Origin: Podarcis bocagei
Taxonomy: Eukaryota
Strand: one strand, 5' to 3'
DNA: 64,000 nt
NCBI GenBank assembly: GCA_964188305.1
Contig: OZ076893.1
A program made the translations under genes and the position numbers. Positions 10,460 to 24,114 of the stretch are shown here, one piece after another. Each line of letters opens with the position of its first letter. Position 1 is the stretch's first letter. Below the pieces are notes generated by a model. The model saw only the letters and a program-made list of their open reading frames with translations, was not told the DNA's origin and made no database searches.

Positions 10460-11900
10460 CTCCGGCCCTGTAAGGGTTAAAAAAGGCGCCTTGGAAATCA
10501 TGTTCATTCCAGAATAGCGAGTTTCCGGCCTTCGCTGCGGCATATATCGCGAGATTCTGTGGCGCATCAATGCGTCAGATCGGCAACCACCCCGCGAGAG
10601 GGCGGAGTGTGTCCATATGCTCTCTGCGCAGCCTCGGATTTCCAGAACTACATTTCCCGTGGGCGCTCATGGGCCGTCGGCGGGCGACTGGAATGAGGCA
10701 GGATGGCGGGTCGCGCGGTTTGGTGACGCCAAGCTGTCCGGGCGGGTGTCCTCTGGTTGGTCGGGAGGAAAGGAAGGAGGGGGAGAATCTCGGGCGGGCT
10801 AGACGGTGACGGTGTTGGTGGAGGTGGGGGGGGGGAGAGAAAGGGTAGGAAAGGGAGGGGGAAGTGGAGCGGCTAGGGACGGCCTCGGCGCGCGCGCGCG
10901 CGCTAGCCAAGGAGCGAGAGGGAGGCAGGCATCCTGTGAGGGCGCGAGGCAGGCCGCGCGGCGCGGGGCATCGCCATAGAGACAGTGACAGCACAGAACG
11001 GGATTGGGGCCAGGGGTGGGGGCCGAGAGGAGCGTGAGGGAGGGAAAGAAGCGTGAGGGGGGAGAGAAAGCGCGCGCGCGGGCGCGCGCACAGGGGGTGG
11101 CCGGGCTAGGCCGGGCCTCTCTGTTTGCGCCGTGCGTGCGTGCGTGCGGGTTGCGGGTGGGTGGGAGGGAGGCCGGCAAGGCTCGGGAGAGGTCCCAATA
11201 TGGATTCGGGGGAAAGCGGCGGAGCTCCGGGAGGAGGAGGAGGAGGTGGTGGAAGCGGCGGCGGCAGCGGCGGCTACGAAACCGGCGGCGGGAAGATCCG
11301 GACGCGGCGATACCACCTGGCAGCGGCCTCCTCGAAGCCTTACCCGAGAAACAAGCAGGTGAGGGAGGCCGAGCGGGGGAGCATGTGGTGTGCGAGACCG
11401 GCGGCTGGACACATAATATATCTGTATGAAGGAAGCGGCGCCGCCAGCCCCGGAATTGGCCGGCGAGGCTCCGGCTCTGCCCTCACGGGCCCCCTGGGAG
11501 CCGCCGTTGTCGGCCTGAGAAATGGCCAGGCCATATTCTGGGTGGGTGAACTACCTGGTACCTCGAGGAGGAAGAGAAAGCATTTTCTGCCCCCCTTTTT
11601 TTTCTTCTTCTGAGGGGGAGAGAAGGGGAAGTGTGTGGGGTCTATGTGAGGCGGGGGAGGCGTTGATTTCCGAGGGCGATCCCAGCGATATGAATGATTC
11701 AAGTGCAGGGTGGGGGGAATGTTTAGAGGGGTGGGATTCCCCTTCTCCCGTTTTGAGGCACGCGCTTGGGTTCTGTGAGATTTCTCCCCTTCCTGGATTT
11801 CTGTTACGGCGGGAAGAAAAGGAAGGAAGGGGAGGGCAGGCAAAGGGGAAAACGTGCCTCCTGCGAATCAAGGCGCCGATTCGCTGTTGTGCGATGTCTC
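10460..11900. promoter_or_regulatory. CpG island / NUP153 promoter, 5'UTR and exon 1
   Basis: Sharp GC/CpG enrichment around the ATG at 11200. Motifs: TATCGCGAGA (BANP/CGCG type, 10545-10554), ACTACATTTCCC (ZNF143/THAP11 type, 10647-10658), TTCCGG ETS core (~10523), GC boxes and a (CG)n tract. Confidence 0.85.
11200..11358 (+). CDS. NUP153: Nuclear pore complex protein Nup153, exon 1
   Basis: AATATGG Kozak context. MDSGESGG...GGGKIRTRRYH...KPYPRNKQ|GTGAG; GGGKIRTRR is the NUP153 N-terminal motif. Confidence 0.92.
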
Positions 11901-14814
11901 AATCAAGTGTTTTTAGCGGGATCCCCTTGCTTTAAAGGTAACGCCGAAAAGGGTTTTAACCATTGCACAAATTGCACACCCCCTTTCCAGGCTTTAGGCT
12001 GCAGCCTTAGCCCCCACTTAACCTGGAAGTATTGAATTCAGTAGGAGTTATTTCTGGGTAGAAATGGTGAGGATTGGAATATTGGGGTTATACTTAATGA
12101 GTCTGCACAGTGTCCACTGATATTTCAAAACCTGTCTTTTGACTTAATTGGTAGTACATTTTTTTAAAGCAAATCTGGTTATGTTAGTGCTTTTATGAAA
12201 ATGCATGCAAAATACGAATTGCGTATTCAGGTGCTATTTGAATGCTAGCACAGGGACCAAATCAGCCATTAATATATTTTAGAAAAAGCTTAAGTGTTAG
12301 TAATTTATGAGTGACACATGAATTTGTTTTGTTTAACAATTTATAAGTGACAGCTTTTAAAAATTGCTGCTCATGCAGATATGTAAGATTTGGAATATTG
12401 GGTATTCAGTGAAGTTTATTCAGAGCAGACCTACTGAAATTTAGAAACTTAATTTAGTCATGTCCATTAATGTCAGTGGGCCAGCTCCAAGTAGAATTAA
12501 AATGGGATAAAACTCATTGTGTTCTAAATTTTTATTTTGATAAATTTAAAATATGTGAAAATGGTTGACTGGACTTACAAAAAAAAATATTATGGAAGGG
12601 GTTAAATTATATTGCAGATACACATTAATGATCCTGTGCATTTTGGCTGCAGTTCTAACCATGTCTACTGAGAAGTAAGTGGGGCTCCCTCTCAGGTAAG
12701 CATGGTTTCTGTTGCAGCCATAATAATCAGATTTGTAGCATGGATTTTTCCCCATGGTGGGACAAAGGTGAGATACTAATGAAACAAATAGGTGAAACAG
12801 AATATGCTGATTCAATGTTATTTTTAGGTCACAACCAAAAACAATATAGCTGTTGTGAGAAATGCCTGAAGTTGTAGGTAAAATGTGAAAGAATATAAAA
12901 TTTGATCAAAAACAATTCATGCTGTGTTCAGAAACACTGCTTTTGAAGCTAACTAGAAATATAAATAAAATTACACTGTGAAAAGTGGCTTCCTTTATTG
13001 TATTTGTCAGATTAGAATAGCTGTTGGGTAACAGCTACTAGTGTGAAGAGAAAGTTGGACAAACACCTATACCTTTTAATCATTGTGTAGAAGAAGTTAT
13101 TTCAGATAATTGAAGCTAGTTATGTAGGGGTGAGAAACCATGACTACCAAAATTCCATCTTTTAACTAATTATTAAAGATCACTGTTGTCATTTGCCTGA
13201 TCTCACCCTGGTATCTGTACTTTTGACATATTTAGTTGTTAGAATGTAATTGTTTATATATTTATAGCAAGGAGTTGTATTGATTAAGTTCTATTCTGGA
13301 GTATGCCTATTTGAAATTAACCTACGCCATGTCCATTAATGTCAGTGAGTCTGCTCTGGGTATTACTAAAGTTGGATATAGTCCATACAGTTTACCACCA
13401 TTACACTATTTGGATTAAACAGGTGATCAGTTATGGGCATGATCTTTGTCATCTTCTCTTTGACTGTACATAAAGCCCAACAGTGTTGTTATTTCTCCAT
13501 ACATCTTTTGTAATTGTTTCAGTTGTTCTATTTTATAATAAGGTTCAGCTTTGGAAATGAAGTTTTAAAAAAATCCACTTATATGGGGAATTGATTTCTT
13601 GAGATTCCTGCCTCTGTGGTGATGAAGACCAATTCAGCAGTTCATTTGTCTTCAACACAGTTCTGTTCTACCCTAATATTTATGCAACTGTCATCTAAAG
13701 CCAATTAGTTAGTTTTGGCCTTTGTTAATGGAATGTCTAAATCTTGGAAGCCTAAATCCTCATAAACCTTGTTTTAAGATTAAATTTAGTATCTTTAATC
13801 CTGTTGGGAATTTTACAAATTATGTTTGTGAGAGGATTTTAATAGTGCTGTATTTCTGAACACACAAAAAAGCAATACACAAAGATTTGTATGTTTGTAA
13901 ACCCTATTAATTTTCTGGATTTCCACTTTGTAAACCCTATGAAATGTAAGGGAATTGACAACCACTAGGAATTTCCTTGCTTGCTTTTTTCTGGACTTTT
14001 CTACAAGCAGATTCTGCCGGTTTTAATGAAACATTTTCCTTTGCTTTAAGCACATTCTTGCATGTTTGCCAGCAAAGTGGTCCAATAAAAATTATCCTAA
14101 TGTAAGCTGCTTCTTTTTATGGAACCACCACCAAAGCATCATTTCAGGGTAACTTATAGAGGTCATATATTATTCAAGTTGAGAAACCGCTTGGAGTAAG
14201 TTATTTCTGATCAGTAGTGGATTAAGATATCTTTGTACCTTGAGCACAGTCTCATTCAATACTTTGATTTTGAGATTCTTTTGGAGCAGAAATTAGCCTG
14301 ACCAATTTAAAGCATGTAATAATAACAATAATTTATTATTTATACCCTGCCCATCTGACTGGGTTTCCCCAGCCACTCTGGGCAACTCCCAACAGAATAT
14401 TAAAAACATGATAAAACATTAAACTTTAAAAACCTCCCTAAACACTGCTGCCTTTGGATGTAGGTTGGATCCAGATTAACAGCAATCCAACACCCGAACC
14501 ACATTATGCTGAGCTGTTAGGAGGGTTGGATTGTGTGAAGGTGTTTTTTCTGCTCAGCTCTATTTTGTCAGGTCTGACCTTCCTTGTTTGCCTGCTGAAT
14601 GTGCAGATTAGGAAGGAGAGCAATAGGTGTTTGATATAAGCACACTGAATTTGGATCCCATTGAAATATATGGGACAAGTTAATCTTGACTAACTTGTCC
14701 CTTATATTTCAGTGAGATTCAGGTTCAACAAATTTATTCTGGTTCTAATCATGTATTTATAACATTGTTGCTGTTTGTAGCTGATTATATATTACAGTTC
14801 TATCAGCTGGATAT

Positions 14815-15471
14815 TAGGGCTGAGCGATGTCTGGTTCTTAATATCATGATATATTGCTAGATAAACATTGCAATATACAGATATATCACAATGTCTGAAA
14901 TAAGGATGGAACTATGTAGAGGCGAATGGGGTAATGTCCTGGCAACTGCTACTACTTAGGGGTCTAAATCGGATACATTTTTTACTTATCTTTATCGTTA
15001 CAACTGTTATTTTAAAGTACAGAGCAACAGGGGCTGCAGGAATCATGAGAAAAGCAATGACTGGCTACATTCATGATCCCTTCCAACTCTACAATTCTAT
15101 GATTCTTTATCCACATCACAATTTTTTTACATAGCACATGTGCACATCACAATTCAAATTATATCACCATGTTGTATACAGTTGTATCTTGGTTGTCTCG
15201 GACGTTTTGGCTCCCAAACGCCGCAAACCCAGATTGATTGTTCCGGTTTGCAAACGTTCTTTTGGAACCCGAACATCTGACAGGACTTCCGCAGCTTCTG
15301 ATTGCAGCCAATTAGAAGTTGTGATTTGGTTTCTGAACGTTTTGGAAGTCAGAAGGACTTCTGGAACGGATTCCATTCGACTTCCAAGGTACGATTATAT
15401 TATGAAACTGTTACCATAATGTGGACTTCAAACTGATTTTGGATGATGTATTGATACATCGCCCAGCCCTA
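14815..15471. mobile_element. Non-autonomous hAT-like element with nested inserts
   Basis: TIRs TAGGGCTGAGCGATGT / ACATCGCCCAGCCCTA; flanks CTGGATAT / TTAGATAT (6 of 8 match, degenerate TSD). Confidence 0.7.
15179..15397. mobile_element. Mariner-type MITE nested in the hAT element
   Basis: TA|CAGTTGTATCTTGG...CCAAGGTACGATT; homologous to 16015-16256. Confidence 0.7.
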
Positions 15472-16014
15472 TTAGATATGGGTATTTGACAGAAATCTGC
15501 TAATTGGACACTCCTGTGGGCAGAAGGTGATTTTCAGCATTTCTTTCCCATCAGCTGCCTGGGTACCTGCTTGATGGGGGACACCTAGAAAAATGTAAGA
15601 GGTGGCATGGCAGTCTGCAGTGAGAAGTAGGGGTGTTGTCACAAAAAATCCTTCCTTTGGGAGCATGCGCTGAATTGTGCATTCCCATTCACAAACGGAA
15701 GAAGCCCTTCCGTTCAACTAAATACATTTTAAGTGATGTCAGAGGTGTAGAGGTACCTTTTTCTACTCAGACTTCTCAAAACTGTTCTATTAACAATCAT
15801 CTCTTTATTTTTGGAATTGTATAGAATTTCACTAATGCGAAAACATGTAGAGCCACAAGACAAAAGGGAAATCTACATCTGCCTACTGTCCAATTCCCAT
15901 CCACAGTATTCAAGGCTCTCAGTACTATTATGCACTATTTTATATTGCCTTACATAAGAAAGGAAATCCCTTATAATTAGTATATGGTCTGTTCTGTATA
16001 TGCAATTTCATATA

Positions 16015-16256
16015 CAGTCGTACCTTGGATCTTGAATGACTTGCAAGACAAACGTTTTGGGTCCTGAATGCTGCAAACTTGGAAGTGATTGTTCAGGTTT
16101 GCAAATGTTCTTTGGAACCCGAACATGCGTCGCTGCTTCCGATTGGCTGCAGGAGCTTTCTGCAGCCAATTGGAAGCTGTGCCTTGGTTTCCGAATCAAG
16201 TTGGAAGTCAAACGGACTTCCGGAACAGATTCCGTTCAACTTCCAAGGTACCACTG
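16015..16256. mobile_element. Mariner-type MITE
   Basis: TA|CAGTCGTACCTTGGA...TCCAAGGTACCACTG|TA. Confidence 0.85.
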
Positions 16257-19200
16257 TATAATGCCTAAGTAGATTTAACATATTAAATTGGTAGCTATCA
16301 TTCCTCCATAAAAATTAGCAAGTCTCTTAGGTTCTTTCTGTTATTGAGTGTAACTCCACCCCACTCTAAATAGCATCTTTCAAATATAATTAACTTTCCA
16401 AAGCTTTATTAGACCATATCCCTAGATTCAGAGACACGTGGTGGAGCTTGCACCAGTTTTTCCAGCCTGTTGCATTCGGCCATACTGCACAATCCATCTG
16501 TTCTTTTCTGGAGGCCTTGCTGCTAAGATTAGTGAGATTAAATTGAGAAAGTATATCAAAAATAGTTTCTAACTTTTTTTTTCTTTTGGTCTCTTAAGAG
16601 AGAAGGATACAGAGAGACCTGTTATGGTACAGAAGGAGCTATGGAAATTGGAGAAGAAGGAAGTGCAGGCAGTCATACCTGAGGGATGTGGAAAAGGGGA
16701 TAGCGGAGAGATGGCAGTGTGGAGACCTATGGAGTGTAGGAAAAATGATTAGCAGAGGAATGGGCATATAGAAGGATATATGGAATGGGAAAACAAAAGA
16801 AGATGAAAGAAAGAGGTTCAAAGAAGAATGGCTGTTACCAGGTTGCAGCTGAGGGAGAGGAAGATTTAAAGTTGCTTGTGTATTTGTTTTTTAAGATGTT
16901 TCTTGATACCATGCATACAAACATATGTCTGAAGTGTATGCCTAAGCAGAGTGGAGAAGCCTAGGAAGTACTGAGTGTTACTGATATAAAATTGTAACTT
17001 CTGATATGGCAAAGGTGTGCCTAAAGTTGTTCTAAGAAGGCCACAGAAAAAACTGCAAAAAATTATTCTGGTTGTGTTTAAGCTTTGGTTTAAGGGTGTA
17101 TGCTTGAATGGATTTAGGTTCAATCCTTATCATTTTTGTGAGTAAATCCCCTTGAATTATTGGAATTTGAGCAAACGTGTTTAGGCCAAATTGTCAGAGT
17201 AGCATTCTTTTGGAAACATTTTGTTTGCTCTTTCTGCTATGCTCTCAATTTCTGAAAGTTGTGTCAGTGCTTTTTGTTAAACTCTGAATCACTTCAAAGA
17301 CGTTGCATTGATTCTGAAAAACTTGGAATATGCCACAGTGAATGCGCATTTTAAAGGTAGTATGTCATAAGGGCTACATTGCCACAGCATAATTTGTTCA
17401 GGCCCCTGTGGACTCTGCTTCATTTGATTTCAAAAGAAGTTTGAATGGTGATAGTCATATGTTAGATACCCCAGTCAGCAGTAGGGGACATTTTGGATGG
17501 CTACTGCTTATAGAAAGGGTGGGGAACCTCTCCCTATGTCAAAGGCTGCACCCACTCATGGGAAATATATCTGTGGTGCACACCAGGCATTGACATAGCC
17601 AGAACTGGTGGTGAGCAGGGCTGATACCAAAAAGGGCCAGGGCCAGAATTAACAGTAGGCCACCCGTTTTCTTTCTACCAGCCCTCTCTCTGGCACTGTC
17701 TGTCTCTCTCACACACACACCTCTTCCCCCATCCCCATTACTTCCCCGCTGAAAAGTCCTTTGTCCTGCAACGAAACATAAGATAGAGAAAAGTCCCAGT
17801 CATGTGTATAGTACCTTTTTTGTTAGCTTGATTGCTGGAAGGAGGGACGGCTGTGGACCAGATCCCAAGGTGCCAAAAGTCATATGAACATTCATGAAGA
17901 ACTGCAATAGTTCCTACGTTTTGCAACTCCCTTCCATTGCATATCAGACAGGTACCTTTTCTATTGCCTTTTTGGCATCTGCTAAAGATGTTCCTCTTTC
18001 AACAAACCTCCTAAAATCTGCATCCAGGTTGGTATCTGTTTTGGATTGGAACTGATCTTTTGTATTTGCTGTCATTTTAAACTCTTTCATATTTCTATTT
18101 TTTTAAATAAAAAAAAACTATGTGCAGTTGTTTTCAGTTTTTATTTATGTAGTGTTTTATATATTCTGTTGTAAATTGCTTCAGGATGCCTCAAAGGAAG
18201 TGACTCATAAATGAAATAATAGAAATAGGACTATAGTTTATTTACTAGAAAATAAATACTACCCTATTTAACAACACTTAAGAGCATTCTTAAATATAAT
18301 CATTTTAGTAATGCACAAATAATTGAGAGTTTGAAAATAATAGTTTTGATTCAAAATAAAAGTATTTTGTACAGGGCTAGTATGATGCTTTGTTTAAAAT
18401 GCTTTTTATGCTATGCTTTCATGATGGGAGAATCCTCCTGCAGGTCACTTTGGTGTCAAAATATTATGTGGTGAGATGACAATATGCGTTAGTATTGCTG
18501 ATGCTGTCAGTGATCTAGATAAAACTTACTCCCGAGAAGGATTCAGACTTTGAATCCCAGGGTTGTAGCCATTGGTAGTTCTTTTTGGAGTAGATCCATT
18601 GGAATTAATGGTCCTGACCAACTTAATTCTATTAATTTCAGTGTGTCTACTCTGAGTCTGGTGGAGTTTGATACAACACCTAAACATGGCAGTTACCATG
18701 AAAATGTAATCTTACTGATATTATCAAAAATGTACTAAATTATAAAGTGTGCCACACTCAAGCATTATTTATCTATCTATGGTTTGCTTTGCATGATACA
18801 TCCCAAACTAAATAAAAATAAAAATATCAACAATAAAAACATGTAACAACAACTTCAGATCCAATTTGGATGTGGAACGTTTTAATAATGTTCTATTATA
18901 CTTAGTAATAAGCTCTTTTCTGAAACAGATAACCTTGCATTCTGTATATTTGAGTATTTATCTTTTGGATGTATCTGCGGTGTGTTAGTATCCCTGAAGA
19001 AAAACAAGAATGAAAGTTTTTGTCTGGATCCTGCAAATATTTCTGCACCAAAATAGCATGTACATAGCATTGTACAGTGGTTGCTGTACAGTGGTAGGCC
19101 TGTAAATTGTAGGTGTATGAGGAATCTACTAATAACTCTTAATGACTGTAACAAATTACACATCCCAGGATCCTTTGGTGGAAACCATGATTCTTAAAGT

Positions 19201-21922
19201 GCTTTAAATGTATGGTATGGATCTGATCATTGATGAAAGAATAGTTAGCCCCCATTGTGAAATGTTACCCTAAAAATGAGCACCCTCCTCCTGTTTTGGG
19301 CAGTGATTATTAGCTATCTTTAACCCTAGTTTCTGTTAACTGAGGCCCCCTTATTCTGTACTCATTATAGATAGTATATAGGCATTTCTGCTATCATTTA
19401 AAAAAAAATAAAACTCACAATTGATAACCCCTGAGTGAGATACTGATGCATGGGGAGTGATCCTGCTTAGCACTGGGCTCTCCTGTGCACCCAAGCCACC
19501 CACGAAGCAATACCACCACTCTCCCTTCACATTGCTTGATGTGAAGGGAGAGTGATCCTGCTTTAGTGTTAAATCCTCACTTCATGCGGTGCTTCATAGG
19601 CTCCCAGTAACCAGTTGGTTGTCTGGTTCTTTGGCAGCTGCACAAAGCAGAGATTGAACAAGTCCCACCCTTTCAGTCAAGTCCCAACCACAATGCCCTC
19701 AAGGGCCAAACGAGGAAGCCTGGTAGGGCAAGATTGGCATGTGAGCCAGGCATTCCCCACCTCTGCTATATGCAACAAAGGGAGGTTGTTCTCACAAAGT
19801 ACCATCTCAATAGGAGAATAATTATTAGAAGAGCTAATAGTTACATGTCAGTTATTGATCCAATGGACTACATTTTTTAAAAGTCTGTCCCCTAAGAATG
19901 TGTCTAAAGATATAGTGGATCTGAACTAAAACATTCTCAATTTGACTGTCTGATGATGATGGTTTTTAAAGCCATGCTTGCCTTGGAGTCACTATTCTTT
20001 ACTACTCAGTAATGAGATGCCTTGAGGCTTAGAACACTACTGCTTGCTTTCCTCTCTGTGATCATGACCTTGGATACATTTTAGTTGTCCCTTTCTGAAG
20101 TTTAAATGAATTTATTACTCACGAACACATTAACAGCAGGTTGTTCTGAAATGAATATTGTAATCCATGACTAGCCTGGAAGTGTAGTAAAAGCTGCACT
20201 ATATAGGAGGTAAAAACAGAGATGGTATTTTTAAAAGTATCTGTAATAGGTTAGCCTTGATAAAAAGCATAGCTTTATTTGTCTTAATTTTTAAGCTTTT
20301 AAAATTTGTAACACTCTGACTATATGTAGTTTAGATGGTCAAAATCATTATTGTTGCACATAATTTTATAATTTATCTGTAATTTGTGTCAATCTCAAAT
20401 TTGTCTTTAAACATATGCGCTGTTTTCCACACTTTGCTAATCAATTGGCAACTAAACTTTGCACTCTCAACATAAAGGGTCAAGTAGCTGAAAAAGCTGT
20501 ATTCCATTTAGGCCTAATGCATTTAAATATGGAAAATAGAATCAGGATTTACCATAAAGCTAGCCCAGTCAGAAGGCCACAAACTGCAGTACTTGATTGA
20601 GGTTCAGACTCATAACAGTAAAAAAAAAGTATTATAAAGAATACACTGTTCTCCAGTGATACTGATCAGGCTTAATGCCTCTGACAAAGCCAAGTGGTAG
20701 AAATGTGGAGAACCTGAACAACTGTGACCTACATTGGAATTGCAAAGTTGCCAATAAACTATGGGCAGAAGTCAGACAGTGAATCAACTTTACTCACAGA
20801 CTTATTTGTGAGTTACCTTTTGGTCTTTTAATGATTGGGCAAATTATAAATTACAAATTTTAATAGATTCCTGTTCAGCCTGAAGGCTCCCAGAAGGGCT
20901 TACACAATATAAAAACAAACAAACCCCCAATATACCACAACTACTAAAAGTTAGTAGAACAGAAACATCATAAAAATTGAGTTACACTGACACACATGTC
21001 TTAATTCTGTCAGTTGGATTGTGGACATGTGCTCTACAGGGAGCTGTTTTTAAAAACTTTTCAGAAACTTCTGCTTTTCCAGAATGCAGCAACTAAAGGT
21101 TTGACCAGAGCCAGTTTTTGAAGGAATGCATGTGATAGCCCCCTTGCCTTGTGCAACAGTTCACTGACTTCAGGCCCATTTCAAAGTGTTGACTAGCTTT
21201 TAAAGTCCTGGACAGTTAATACTTAAAGAACTGTATTCTCTCTTTCCTGGCCTTCACTCCTTCAATATGAACCGGCCCACTCATTGTTTGAAGTTATAAG
21301 TGTTAGCATCCACATTTACTATTACATCTGTGATATTTTATATGTAATGATTCAGATATGCCATAACACATGTGTTCTGATAATTTGAAGTTCTTACTCC
21401 TAGATGGTGCCAACGTCTGTTATGGAGCCTATCTATTTGTGGGGGTGTCAGTTTGTGTGGAACAATATACTTCGGGTTTCAAGACTGTTGTGTTATATAA
21501 TTACTCCTTCACTGAAGGTAGAACAGAAATTGTTTGAAATTACCTTGTTTCCTTTGGCTCAGTAGTTTTTAATGCTTGGATTATTGCTGAATGTATGCTA
21601 CTCTTAATATCCCGACTATTTACATTGAATTAGATTGGATTGCCGGGGGGGGGGGAGTATGCCTTTTAAGTAAAATTTCAGTGCTTCAAAAGTGTACGTT
21701 AAAGGTGATTGTGTTCATTTCAGGAAACAAACTAAAAGTAAAATGTGTGGATGATTTTCTCAAAGTGAAAGAGACGACTCCTTCATAGGTTGAACAATCT
21801 TGCAGTTCTGAATACTTTTGGGAAGTGAAATCTTGCTTTTGTTTTCCCTGTATGTCTTGACATCACTTAGGAGCTGGGTTCTCTTGTTCACTTCAAAAGG
21901 ATTCATTAGCAAGGCTCTACAA

Positions 21923-22159
21923 AAGGGGTTAGCAACCTTTTTCAGCCGTGGGCCAGTCCACCGTCCCTCAGACCATGTGGTGGGCCGGACTATTTTTTTT
22001 GGGGGGGGGGGAATTAACAAATTCCTATGCCCCACAAATAACTCAGAGATGCATTTTAAATAAAAGGACACCTTCTACTCATGTAGATCTGTCTGCAGGC
22101 CGGATTTAGAAGGCAATTGGGCCGCATCCGGCCCCTGGGCCTTAGGTTGCCTACCCCTG
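21923..22159. mobile_element. hAT MITE (empty relative of 6818-7575)
   Basis: 8-bp TSD CTCTACAA on both sides; ends AAGGGGTTAGCAACC / GGTTGCCTACCCCTG; homologous to 44496-44745. Confidence 0.85.
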
Positions 22160-22751
22160 CTCTACAAATTGTGCCTGGCCTTGGGACCAACCAAAAACGT
22201 GTAGTTTCCAGGACCTTGCTCCTCCCCTAAAGTATAGAAATATAATTTCTGGCCTCATGCCATGCCTTTGAGACTGAACTTTTATTTTGGCACTGTGTTA
22301 CTGATGCACTCGAAGCACCTTGGAGGCAGGGCACCAAAATGAACAAATCGAAAAGGGGTTGTCTCTTTCATTGCACTGTGTTTTGAACACTCTGAGAAAG
22401 ATGATTCCTGTTGCCTGTTCCACCACCAAGCTTGGGTGGAAGCTGGGGATTGGTCATGTGCATCATAGAGTAGTAGAACTGAGGTGACTGCTGCACATTG
22501 GGGATGTTTCTGTGCTAGATGACTACACTGAGGAATCATGGGTTAAAGCGTAAATTGTAGAATGCAAGCACCTGTTTGGAACATGAATATAATTGGAACA
22601 GAAGTTATAACAGATTTGCTATTTCAGGCAGCTTCACAGCATTGTAAACAACTACCAACAGCCTGTTGGTAGGTTCTAGTAGTAACTTTGTCAGCTGGGC
22701 CTTTGTTAGTCTAGATATAATTTAAAAACATTCTTTCTTTCTTATAAACAG

Positions 22752-22965
22752 GGAATTGTAAATATCGTTAAGGAATCTGTGAAGAGTATTGTTCCAGCTT
22801 GGCTTCAGAGATATTTCAGGCAAAGCGAAGAGGAATCCCCAAGTGAACAAAGGAGCTTAGAGGAGAATGTAAACTATCATCCTGCCTTTGAAGATGATGA
22901 TGCTGACAATACCCTTGAGATTGATGGACGAATTACTCCCGAGCCAACAAGAATTACTTTAGATG
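22752..22965 (+). CDS. NUP153: NUP153 exon 2
   Basis: ACAG|GGA...GATG|GTAGG; GIVNIVKESVKSIVPAWLQRYF...DGRITPEP. Confidence 0.92.
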
Positions 22966-23144
22966 GTAGGCTAAAGATCTTCTCCAACCTCACAGCTAGC
23001 TTCTAACAATTTGTTCTAGAGGTCTACTTACAAATATCAAAACATTTTAATGGTTTTCTTAACTGCAAACTGAGGGATGCTATTTTATATATGTCAAATA
23101 TTCTGTTAAAAGAGAGTAATTACAGACCCCTTGATATTCTGGTG

Positions 23145-24114
23145 CAGGGGTAGGGAACCTCAACCTACTGGCCAACCTTAGCTTGCCAGGGGTTCAAATT
23201 TTCTTCCAAAAGGCCATTTTTAAAACCACACCCATCTCCTAATCTGATGGGCAGATGACGTCAGCAGATGAGCAGGAGATGGGTTTTAGTTTTGCAAGTT
23301 CCTGTTCCCTGTGAGGAACAACACATGCATGCATGCATGCATGCATGCTCGATCTTTGCAGAAAGCAGGATATGTTTCCCTGTCCCCATCAGCTGATGAG
23401 CAGGTCTTTCAGTCCTGCCTGGTTAAATCCAACTCTATAATTACGCATCCTCCACAGGCCATCTTTGACAGGTGGTTGAGACCTGATGTCAATATATGAT
23501 CAGAAATAATGGCATTCCCAAGGGTATAAGGAAAGTTTTCTTGTACGCAACCGCGGCCGTGAGGGTGCGTATTGCAACATACTGGAAAAAGAACAAACTC
23601 CCTACTAGAGCTGAACGGTTACTCAAATTGACAGAGTATGCGGATTTACCATCTCTTTTGGAAAGAATCAGAGACAAGCCCAAACAGGAGTTCATTCTAG
23701 AATGGGATAATTTCAAGAATTATTTGAAAAGCAGCTGTAACTTAAGCATGGTTACAGCCTTTGAATTATTTCTGTAAATAGTACATACGAAGGAAAACTA
23801 TATCGAAATAGAAAAGAGAATTTCCCCAAAACAATAATGATAAGCTAAAGCAAGATGCTTAATATAAAAGAAAATATGGAGAGGATGGGAAGTCATAGGT
23901 TCGTGTAGAAAATACATAGTTGAAATTGTATTTATCTTTTGTGAACATTGTTATCTTTATTAGCCTGTTTGAAATGAAGATGACTACATGTTGTATATAT
24001 ATGGAAAATGAATAATAAAGCATTTTTAAAAGTTTTTTTTTTAAAAAAATCAGAAATAATGGGAGAAATAAAAATCTTCTTTGCCCTCCCCTGCCAAAAA
24101 TCTTGCCCACCCTG
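23145..24114. mobile_element. Older hAT-like element interrupted by an L1 insertion
   Basis: CAGGGGTAGGGAAC...TTGCCCACCCTG with flanks TTCTGGTG / CTCTGGTG (7 of 8 match). Confidence 0.65.
23513..24048 (+). mobile_element. 5'-truncated L1-clade LINE 3' end
   Basis: 14-bp TSD ATCAGAAATAATGG (23499-23512, 24049-24062). ORF2 C-terminus-like peptide (FLYATAAVRVRIATYWK...EWDNFKNYL), similar to the copy at 41924-42106. AATAAA plus an A/T tail. Confidence 0.75.

Noticed and set aside
10570-11935. Many overlapping 100-170 aa ORFs on both strands
   Set aside because: Expected from stop-codon scarcity in a CpG island. Only 11200-11358 matches a known protein and has a splice donor.
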